64,000 nucleotides of DNA from Adineta vaga (taxonomy: Eukaryota; Animalia; Rotifera): the NCBI GenBank assembly GCA_021613535.1, contig CP075497.1, positions 13,392,001-13,456,000 on the forward strand. The letters are read 5' to 3'. Both the position numbers and the translations under genes were made by a program. This document shows positions 53,915-64,000 of this stretch, piece by piece; the stretch's first letter is position 1, and each line of letters begins with the position of its first letter. Under the pieces are notes generated by a model, which had not been told where the DNA came from, searched no databases, and saw only the letters and a list, made by a program, of their open reading frames with translations.

Positions 53915-55671
53915 TCATAAATGTTGTAATAATAATGCCATTTGATGACGATCAATGATTGGTGTAGTAAAACTAATGGGATCGAGCATAAACATATAAT
54001 TCGATGGATACCATGGGCCGCCGCACCACCAAGTCCAACCCATCCAAATGTTTGAATGATTTGAAAGATGATCTAGAAATGCTGGACCTTCATTTGTGCA
54101 ACTTGAATCATTTGACCAAGCGAATTCACCAAGAAAACCCTTGAATCCGTTTGTGGTTAACCATGTTGTTGCGGCTTGAAGGCTATTAGAACAGTTTGTC
54201 CTGCACGTCTGGTGTGTCCCTGATGAGTCGCTATCAAGATATTGATGCATTTCAAAGACGAAATTATTTATCGGATCACCGTTAAATCCATTCCATGCTG
54301 CGGCATTACCACTTGAAATCCATGAGTGTGCACCTGTCCAACTTGTACCTGGAATAAGAATTAGTTGCGATGCACCAACAGCTCGAATAGCTTGAATTGA
54401 TGGAAATGCTCCTGTATACCATTGGACAGCAGTTTGTGCGTGAGGTTCATTCATAAGACCAAACAATACATTAGGATAGTTCTTATATAAGGTTCCCATA
54501 TGAGCCCAGAAGTCTGCAAACAGATTCGTACCTTCGGCGTCTACACCGATCAGACGTTGTACTCCGACTCGATTGTCATAAATAACTCCGTAATTATGTG
54601 GATCCAGAATGACGTACATACCTTTGGACAGACAATAATCGACTACTATTTTCATGTAACTCATTTCTGTCATATTAAGCGATGAATAAGGTACAGGATA
54701 AGCACGTGTCATATCAAATGGCATACGAATTATCCCAAAACCTTGTGACACGTAATAGTCGATTTCTTTTGTGGTTGGATAAATATAATCGTATCCGTAT
54801 CTTTTTCCAACACCAGAATTAAATTCACCTCCCGATAGATTAGGACCTTTAAAATTATTAATCAGTGTCGGAATTGATGTCGGAATTGGATACGAAACAT
54901 ATCCTAATTTAGAAATTCATCAAAATAATATTTAAATCAACTAAACTCAGATATATTAAATAGAGTTTTGACTTATAGAAACAAGCGAAACAGAATTTTA
55001 TTTGCAAAAACACTCTATGAAGAAATTCGATACCGAATTGTGATCTTATCCGTCAATTCGTTAGTTCGCTGATAAAAACTGTTAAAATAATATTTAAAAA
55101 AAGAAAGAATTCTTTTTTCGTTTGATAGTTTCAAGATGATTTCTATCGTATTAGATCGATCGTTTATATAACCTATTCCAAACTGTCGAACAAATCAAAG
55201 TGATTAACAAAATAGTTTACCAGTTATGTTATTTGAGGATGTTGACGTTATATTTGTTTGATAATTCGTTAATATTGATGCTAAAAAAGAATAAATTGTT
55301 ATAGAAAATTGCTTTCAATGAATGATAGAGATTACATGTACTTAATCCTGTTGTAGTTGTCATAGTCGTAATTGATGACGTGCTTTTCATCTGTGTTAAA
55401 ACAATTGATAAAATTATAGCAGTTGATACGACAAGTGCGATCAGAAAGATGATTAGAAAACTGCAACATTTCCCAAAAACTGTACTACGCCTAAAAATGA
55501 CATATTTATTTGAAAACAGATTTATTCATATTTTAATTTACCTTGAAGAACGTGATGGAATTTTTTGAATTGATCCAATATCAAATTTGATAGATGATGG
55601 AAGATTCTGTTGAAATATAGAAAGGACATTTTAATAATTCAATCTTTTATTCCTAATATACTCACCGTCAT
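53915..55671 (-). CDS. Glycoside hydrolase family 5 endoglucanase (cellulase) with N-terminal TM anchor and Ser/Thr stalk
   Basis: GPNLSGGEF, ILDPHNY, GLMNEPH (acid/base), FEMHQYLDSDSSGT, FLGEF (nucleophile), WTWW. Catalytic exon 53915-54903 plus small upstream exons. Confidence 0.9.
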
Positions 55672-56123
55672 TATTCCTTTAATACGACCAACTAAATAAA
55701 TAGAGAAAATATTTTTCTTTTTTTTTTTTCTTCAATAATAAACTTTATTTTCGAAGCCAATAAAAATCGTATGCAACTACAAAAACTAAAAAGGACATTA
55801 AACATTCAATGTTGTTCTGGCAGCACGACGATTTTTTTTCGCCACGTTACGTCAAATATAAAGATATTTATGAAGGGATTGATCGAGTAATGCATCTCTT
55901 ATTTGTTTTCTAATAAAGTCAATTTGAAAAGAAAGAAAATTTCTTTTAAGGCCTTCCTACCATTCCAAAATCTTTCTCAGGTTAGGCATATGAAAATTGC
56001 TTGAAATTTTCAGAATATGTTGCGAACGTAGTAGAGAATCTATGATAAAAATCCCTACCCTATGTCATGCTGTTTAAGGGAGATATTCGCCAAACAAGGG
56101 TCAAAAATAGCTCATTTGGAGGA

Positions 56124-56415
56124 TTGAGGGTGTGGGTGTGGGCAAGAGAGATAAGCGGATCCTAGGATCGGTCAGGATCTACCAGGATCCATCTTCTATA
56201 TCGACTGAAAATTGTTATAAAACTAATCAATTTTTCATTGATTATTATGGGTTTTGATAAGTTTATCGAAATACAGTAACTTTCGATGAATTTTCACAGA
56301 TTTTGAGAAATATAATCGACAATCTATCAGGATCCAACACATCCGGGAATTCATGATCCGCTTTTCCCCCTTGGTTGTGGGTCGTCTTGTTCTCTTAGTC
56401 GAAACCCACACCCAC
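56124..56415. repeat. Telomere-like inverted-repeat element interrupted by a MITE
   Basis: TTGAGGGTGTGGGTGTGGG ... ACCCACACCCAC. Confidence 0.85.
56143..56373. mobile_element. MITE with 8-bp TSD (hAT- or P-like)
   Basis: TIRs CAAGAGAGATAAGCGGATC / GATCCGCTTTTCCCCCTTG. TSD GGTGTGGG / GTTGTGGG. Confidence 0.8.
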
Positions 56416-57174
56416 GCGTTTATCTGCTTGGAACCGCTAATTCAAATTTTTCTCAGTCGTACCATTTTTTTCTTTATTTTGGGATATATTGAAATATTCT
56501 TATAAACAGTTAATCAAGCTACATAACTTTGAAGTCTAACCTAATGAAACTTTTGTTGTTAATCTATTAAACCATTTTTTGATATAACGAAATCAATGGT
56601 AAAGATATGTCTCATACTCATGACATCATCGATAATTGTTTCGGCAAACGTAATACTATCTTGAGTTTATAGATATCTATGTGAAAATTTCATTCATATA
56701 ATTATAATTATGTACACTCACTCCTAAAAACAAATCAAATTATCAATAATTGTTCAGTGTTTCTGATTGGACTGAAATTATTTGGAAGTCATTCTTTCTA
56801 AAAGATCTATAAGTTCAGCCTTATTTTTAGATCAGATCGTTGGAAAAGGAATTGACAAGTGAGAAACAACCCGTTGTCATTAGAATAGCGCGGCATAGCT
56901 GATGTGAGATTCTGTCATTTATTTTTTGATATTTTTAAGTGAGGGAAACAACATATATAGAGAGAGAAGAGCTGTTAGTAAAAAATAACTACTGAATATA
57001 CAGGATCAGGGCTACTTAGATCTATGCGCGAAGAAAGAAGAAGAAACAAATATGCGAGTAATACAGCAGACAGAGTGATGAGCAGATGTCGGACGATTAT
57101 CAACCACAAATAGTTTTGTTATTAAAACAGTATGCGAAGACAAGCAAATCAAAAACCAATACTAATTGAGAACA

Positions 57175-57595
57175 TATCAACTTGTGATAAGTCATGTAAC
57201 TCTGCACTATCTAGAGCTTCTATATAATTAATACCTCCACTGGAGGCCATTCAATGATTAGCACTTGTCCATTTTGTAATATAGATGCTGTGTGCCAGGC
57301 TCGTAAGTTATTCATGCTGCCAATATTTGTCCAAATTTCTGTTAATCGATCATATAATTCAGCCCTGCTCGTAGGGATATTGCCAACAAATCCACCCTTA
57401 AGTAACACTATTCCATTTGTTAAAATGGGTGCTGTGTGTGAAGCTCGTAGATTATTCATGCTGCCAGTAACAGACGAAATTCCTGCTGGTGAATCATATA
57501 ATCCAGCACTATGCATATATAACTATACTATCATTAAATCCACCAACAACCAATACTTTTCCATTTGTTAATAGAGTTGCTGTGTACTGACATCG
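57175..57595 (-). pseudogene. Kelch-repeat gene 3' fragment
   Basis: TGSMNNLRASHTA..L.NG.VL..GG and AELYD repeats. Frameshifted, and starts at the element. Confidence 0.8.
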
Positions 57596-57602
57596 TGAAG
57601 AA

Positions 57603-57649
57603 GAGAGTGGGTGTAGATAAAGAGACAACACTCACACCCACACCCTCAA
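57603..57649. repeat. Telomere-like inverted-repeat element
   Basis: GAGAGTGGGTGTAG..CACTCACACCCACACCCTCAA. Confidence 0.85.
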
Positions 57650-58130
57650 ATATTGATATATAATATTCTTTGAACGAAATGCAACGAAATAAAACTTAAA
57701 ATTCTATTGGACAGTATTGATCATCAAAGTTTTGCATAATAAATCTTAAGGTATTTTAGGTTTGAAAATCTTCTGATAAAAGATAATATTTAGTTTCCAA
57801 GTAAAGTTTATTACACATCATACGGATAAAACCCTTCTTATCTATGTCGAAATTCCAAAATTTTTATCATATAAATATAGGTACTTTCGCAATATTTTTA
57901 GATAATATTCATTTTTAATGTTACTTACCGTTTTTTTCTATTGTTGTTTAAACTGTATTCCATCTTCAAGATGATTTTGATGATATCTATATAAAGGTTT
58001 GTAAAATAATTGATATTAATCGTCGCTGTATCGTTAAAAAATCTGACATAGTATAGTATTTTTAAATTCAAGATCATATATCGATGATTAAGTTAATCCC
58101 AATTGTATTTAGCTTCTTTTTCTAGATAAT

Positions 58131-59413
58131 ATGAATACCGAAAATCATACAAATAGTGGTGCGTCGGCCAATGGAAGCTTTCCAACAATAACAATACTAC
58201 AAACAGATATGGATGAATGTAAAGCAGCGTTTACAGTTGGCGGTGTCAAAGCATATGAAACATTATGCTACGCAACAAAACACAAGAATGGAAGACAGTT
58301 CCTCTGAATATTGGTGTTATTGGAAATAGTGGAGCAGGAAAATCAAGCTTTATTAATGGTATTAGAGATCTAGATGGAGACGATGAAGGTGCAGCAGAAG
58401 TTGGAGTTACAGAAACCACGATGGAATCAAGGTCTTACTCTCATCAAAATAATGAGATGATGAAATTTTGGGATTTACCAGGAGTTTGAACGAATTTATT
58501 TCCGAAAGAATCATATTTAGAAAAGATTGGTTTTGAAAAATTTGATTTCTTTCTTATCCTGAGTCATACACGATTCACAGAACTCGATACTTGGTTATCG
58601 AACGAAATAAGAAACAAAGGAAAACAATTTTTTTTCCTACGAACAAAAATTCAATCTGATATTGTAAATGATCAAAGATCTCATCCGAAAAAGTACAGAA
58701 ATGATGTAAAGGTTGTCATAAAAGAATTATTACATGAAGTACGCGCCAATCTGCAAGAAAATCTTGGTAATCTTTATGAAGAAGGAATAGTCTTTCTCAT
58801 CGATAGTTATGAACGAAACAAATTTGATTTTGCTCTGTTGGCACAACGTCTTGTCGAAGATTTTCCCGGTCTCAAGCGCCAAGCATTTATCTTTTCTATG
58901 AATACGTTTAGTGAGCAAATGGTCCGGGTAAAAGCTCAGGAACTTCGCTCTACATTGTGGCAATATTCTAGTTTATCAGGTTTGGCAGCTATTGCTCCTC
59001 TTCCTGGTCTCTCTGCCTCTGTCGATTGCGCGCTTATTATTAAAGCAAGCAAATTTTTCTATAATCAACTTGGACTCGGTGATTTATCTCTGCAGAAAAT
59101 AGCCTATTTTACAAAAACAAATTCAGTGACGTTACAAAATATCGCTAAAGAAGATCGCGATGTGGACAAACTTCTTACAGTACAAGGAATTGAACAAATA
59201 ATTCGTAATACACCAGCGCTGATGATTTCAGCAGCAGTTGAAGAGTATCTGCATGTATTTCCTTATGGTGGTTCCGTAGTAGCAGCGCCACTTTCATTTG
59301 GAACTACGTATTACATTCTTAATTTTATCTTGAATAAAATGGAGGAAGTTGTCTTACGTGTTGTAAAAACTGCTGCTGAGAATGCTTCCATTAATGCTAC
59401 AAATAATGAATAA
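58131..59413 (+). pseudogene. Interferon-inducible GTPase (IIGP/IRG-like) pseudogene
   Basis: GNSGAGKSSFIN, AAEVGVTETT, WDLPGV*, FFLRTK. Frameshift near 58265 and TGA at 58487. Confidence 0.88.
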
Positions 59414-59532
59414 ACAAGCAATAAAACTTTATTTTGTGAACATGAAACTTTTTGATATTCGCTGTAATCTTAATATTTATCCAATGAATTACAATTTACT
59501 CTTCTCTCTAAGATATTTAATTTTCATCATTC

Positions 59533-59735
59533 TATAGAGGGCGCACTTTTATTACGATATACTAAGATTGGTTTCATTAGTTCATTTCGTTCGTTAGAAA
59601 AAAGAACATTTTCATGACAATGTCTGGTCGCAATTCAAATATGTCGAATATTGAGTACCGAACTGTAATAAAAATTTTCATCCGAAAAGGGCTAAATGCC
59701 ACCGAAATTAGCAAAGAGTTGAATAATGTTTACTA
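59533..59735 (+). mobile_element. Mariner-like transposon 5' fragment
   Basis: TA-TAGAGGG.. end and HTH MSNIEYRTVIKIFIRKGLNATEISKELNNVY. Confidence 0.75.
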
Positions 59736-59769
59736 TGCACTGTTGGAATTAAAAGTATTTTCCGAAAAG

Positions 59770-60420
59770 TTTTAAACGAATAATATCAATAAAAGTAATA
59801 TCATCGTCATTGACATTGTCTTTTATTTCTGTTACAATGAACTTGAAACCAGCAGGTAATAAAACTTCTTCTTCATCTTTCATTTCGCTTAAATGTGAAA
59901 TATCTACAAGTCAATTAAAACAAAATCTTTCTGTAAAATGACTTAAATCCATATTAAAAATAACATTTTCACCAAATCCTTTTACCATATCAATCGATTT
60001 ACTTGTCGATGTAAATCCTATAACCATTGAACTCGTTGTTATTCATTTATAATCTTTCTATATTGATCAATAATTGATTGTTCAAAATAACAACTACGAT
60101 ATTACATGTCAGTGTATTATTATCATAAAGATAAACAGTAAGTAAATAACAAAATATGGTTCAAATGTTTCTGATTGAGTTTCATCAATATTTCGAAGTG
60201 ATTCATTTACAACTTCATAAAGAAATATATTACGTGTGTACAAACGAATACAATACATGAGAATTTGATTAAATGATTTAAATCACTATGTACTGCATCT
60301 ATTACATATTCTTCGTTTCCTTTTAATTGACATTTTTTCATTTTAAAATCAGAATAACATTTTTCATCAAAACTTGAATTTGATTTAGATGGAAGAATTA
60401 CTTCAGGATCGATTGTTCTT
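59770..60420 (-). pseudogene. NAD:arginine-type ADP-ribosyltransferase pseudogene fragment
   Basis: YTRNIFLYEVVNESLR, GFTSTSK and DISHLSEMKDEEEVLLPAG (STS and ExE motifs). Confidence 0.8.
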
Positions 60421-60427
60421 TCTAATA

Positions 60428-60471
60428 TGAGGATGTAGGTAAATACGAATGAATGACACTCACATCCTCAA
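60428..60471. repeat. Telomere-like inverted-repeat element
   Basis: TGAGGATGTAGGT..CACTCACATCCTCAA. Confidence 0.85.
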
Positions 60472-60939
60472 TTACTGAAAATTCTTTTTAACTCTACTTT
60501 ACTTTTATATTTTAAGAAATAAATATTTCTGTCTAAAAGAATCTTTTCTTAAACATTCCTTTTGTATGGAGATAAGAACAATCTATGACGAATTGATACA
60601 TACCGTTTTTTTTAAAAACAGAAAATGACTCATTCAATTGACGTCCACTTGTTATTTCACGTTGTTGTGCAATAGCTAGTGTGTATTTTACTTTCTATAT
60701 AAATAATTGAGTTGCTTTAGAAACTTTGTTATGAATATTTCGATGTTAGAGAGAAAACGTCGATCAAACAACGATGAAAATAATATTAAGAGTAAAAAAA
60801 GAAAAGGTAAAATATAAAATTTATAGTTTTCTTTTTTAACATTTTTTTCTTCTTTGATTTTACTAAGAACAAATGGGTGAGTCATCAATAAAGAGATATT
60901 AAAAAAGAAGTTATGTTTTGTTCTCTTGTTTAACTTTAG

Positions 60940-62701
60940 TTTTTCAAAAGAAAATATAACTTGTATAGAAGATCTTTCGAATGAATTATTCTATGATATC
61001 TTTGAATTATTAAATTTTTATCATGTTTATCGAGCGTTTTATTCATTAAATATATGATTTCGTCAATTAATTACTAATTCTACATTACCTATTCATTTAA
61101 ATCTTTCATCTCAATCAAAACAAAGTTTATATTGTTATTATAAAGATATAATTTTACCACAAAAACATCGTATTGAATTACTTCATTTATCGAATTCATG
61201 TTTATCTGATCATTTTATTTCCTTAACTGATAATTTATCAAAATTTCTTAATCTTAAAATTCTTTCTTTTAATAATATAGAATTTAACCAATTTCAATGA
61301 ATAATTTCCATATTAAAATCATTAAAATATCTTTCATCGTTATCTCTTAATACAATATATGGAAATCCAGATATAAATTTTATTTGTTCACATATATTTC
61401 AATTATCAATATTGAAATATTTTAAAATATCAAATATGAATATATCTTATAATGAATCATTATTAATTTCAGTGAATCAATATAGTTCTATTGAATATTT
61501 TATTATCAATTGTAATATTCCTGTTGAATTGTTAATATTATTATTACGTTATCTTCCTCAACTTCATTGTTTATATATTCAATATATATCCTTCTCTTCA
61601 AACAATCAATTTCAAATATCTTCAATTAAATTAAATTATTTAACACATGTTTCAGTTAGTTTAGTAGGTACATCTTTTGATCAGTTTGAACAAATGATTC
61701 AAATAATGTGTTCATAAATGCAAAAAAATGGAAAGAATTAATTTCATCTCATCTTCAATATTTACGTATATTTGATTTTCAATATAATACTTTATCAATA
61801 ATTAATAATAATAATAATATTAATCAAACAATAATCAATAAATTAACAGATGAATTTTCATCTTTATTTTGGATTAAACAAAAATATTATTTTGTAGAAC
61901 AACATCAAAAAACAAAATATCATTTACGAACAATTTTCTTCTCAACTAATCCATACAGGTATAAATGAATAAAATAGTTTTTTCATTAGATTGATTGATT
62001 TATTTATTTATTTAAGACGAAAGAATTATACATTATTTGATATAATCAATGAAAATATTCAAAAAACATATCTTAAATCTGTTGAATATATTCATATTGC
62101 AAATAAAAATCTTATTCAAAATTGTCAATATTATTTTCCAAATGTGATTACACTTACTCTTGAAGATAGTTTTTCATGTACTCTTGATTCAATTATAGTT
62201 GATCTTAATCGTGTTATCACTTTATCACATCTAACAAAATTGATACTCGATTCTCATTATTTTTCATTAATAAAATTAATGAAATTATTACTTTTCTCTC
62301 CAAATATTCATACATTAGTATTCAATTTACTTTCACTTTATGAACTTAATATTCAAACTCTTTCACAAAATGAAACTTTTCAAATAATATCTCGTACAAA
62401 TATTATTACAGATATAACTTTGAAAAAAGTTTGTTCATTGGATAAACTTGAAATACTTATGGATTTGTTTCCTCGAATGGAACGTCTTCAAATATTGATC
62501 TATTCAAAAGATTCAGAAATAATTGTACGATATATATTGAAAAAAACTAAAGAACAGAGTAATAGTCATTTACACTCTGTTTGTCTCAAGAGTGCAACGA
62601 AAATATGGACAAACAGAATAAAAACATTAATTGATTCAGAAAAATTACTCGATAATTATATGTTAAAATTTATTGATGATGCTTTAGATTTATGGTGGTA
62701 A
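60940..62701 (+). pseudogene. F-box/LRR-like gene with in-frame stops
   Basis: TCIEDLSNELFYDIFELL F-box start and LRR-like body. TGA at about 61055 and 61298, frame break at about 61710. Confidence 0.75.
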
Positions 62702-64000
62702 TTATAACGTATGTTTTTAATAATCTATGATGAATAATTATATTTTATGAAAAACATTTGATTCAGATGTGAATATCGTGTACATCTTTTTCTTTATTGA
62801 ATAAAAACTTAATCATTACTCTTTCTAATATGATCATGAATCATCATATTCTTATGAATTGTATCGAAAAAGTTTTATATAGGTCGATGAGCTGGGTCAG
62901 TCTCTTTCAAACGACATCAAATTGAACTTTATATATGATTGTAGAGATATTCGCCCGTCTTTCTTTTCTGAATAGATATTCATATTTTGTACTATCTTTT
63001 TATATGAACACACAAATTAACTGTTTGACAAAAAAGAAGATAGATAACACAGTGCACACAGTCACTCAATTCCGATTTTCAGCTACTAAGTGTAAGCAAA
63101 ATTCGTCTTAAATCTAACTAAAACAATATTCCTGACCGCTTTTTTTTTCGGATTCTAAAGTCGTGCGTTGAAAAGTCTGAAATTAATCTTAAGAAACCTG
63201 ATAATTCCAAAATGAAAAGTAAAAATATTACGACGAAATTTTTTCTCAAATGAGATCCTTGGCAAATTTTGTTCACTTACAGATGCTGAAAACCGTAAAT
63301 ACAAAGTCTTTTATTGTTTGTATAATGGTGAATGGATTTTAGGAGTTATCTTCAACATACATATCGTTCTAACTCACTTATATTCATTTATTATTCCATT
63401 GTTTTATCTTCAGAATAATGATGAAAAGATATATTCTTTTTTGTTTTAGTTCAATTGAAATAATTTTATCGTATGAAACTAAATCTATTTTCTTTATGAT
63501 ATTTTGAAAATAATATTAATCAAATAGTAGCTAAACGTCTTGATCTATGAACAACTTATCTTTATATTTGTCCTACTCTTTACTACTTTTGACATTTTCT
63601 CTCTCTATACAATTGTTCAACGACAAATGTCGACAAAAATTCTTGATAAATCATCTTATAATCTGTATGATTCTTTCAAACAATAATATGGTGATCAATG
63701 TCGAATGTTCATATATTCAAGTATTTCATCGGTACATCATAGATTTAGTTACTATAGAATCATCTTTTCATGAAGTAAGAAGAAAGTAATGACATTCTGC
63801 TTTTATCATACTCTTATTTACAGATCTGTTCAAGTCCATTCACTTCAAATTAATGGCGAATTGATCTTACAAGAAATATGTATTCTGATCTTTCTAATTA
63901 CATATGATCAACAAGATTATCGTCGATTTCTTTCTTCATTATTTTTATCACAAATCAACTTTTATCAAACGAAAATTTCAATGATCGTCTGTTTTCATTG

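Noticed and set aside
54219-54240. CTGATGAG hammerhead-like core
   Set aside because: It lies within the GH5 coding sequence and lacks the downstream GAAA and stems.
1-64000. Bacterial origin or true integron
   Set aside because: Spliceosomal introns and eukaryotic TEs are present. No integrase gene is visible, and the sites lack the attC RYYYAAC/GTTRRRY ends.

Overview
AT-rich eukaryotic DNA with short GT-AG introns, most consistent with a bdelloid rotifer. This is an inference from an AvGluR1-like K+-filter glutamate receptor, Athena/Penelope RT remnants, (TGTGGG)n-type repeats, and NHL, F-box/LRR and Cys-rich multi-TM gene families. The window is a patchwork of unrelated genes, gene fragments and pseudogenes: iGluR, ADP-ribosylglycohydrolase, ART, P450, U-box, NHL, MATH-BTB, GH5 cellulase, kelch, IIGP GTPase, F-box/LRR, ricin-B lectin and TE remnants. 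The main unexplained structure is a dispersed family of roughly 20-25 short inverted-repeat elements, consensus TTGAGG(G/A)TGTGGGTGTG-[about 15-45 bp non-conserved spacer]-CACACCCACA(C/T)CCTCAA. These are head-to-head telomere-like arms. They occur every few kb, usually between genes, and several coding fragments stop at or very near them. They look like junction or recombination sites, telomere-seed breakage sites, or telomere-fusion scars of a gene-cassette patchwork. All coordinates were read by eye and exon boundaries are approximate.
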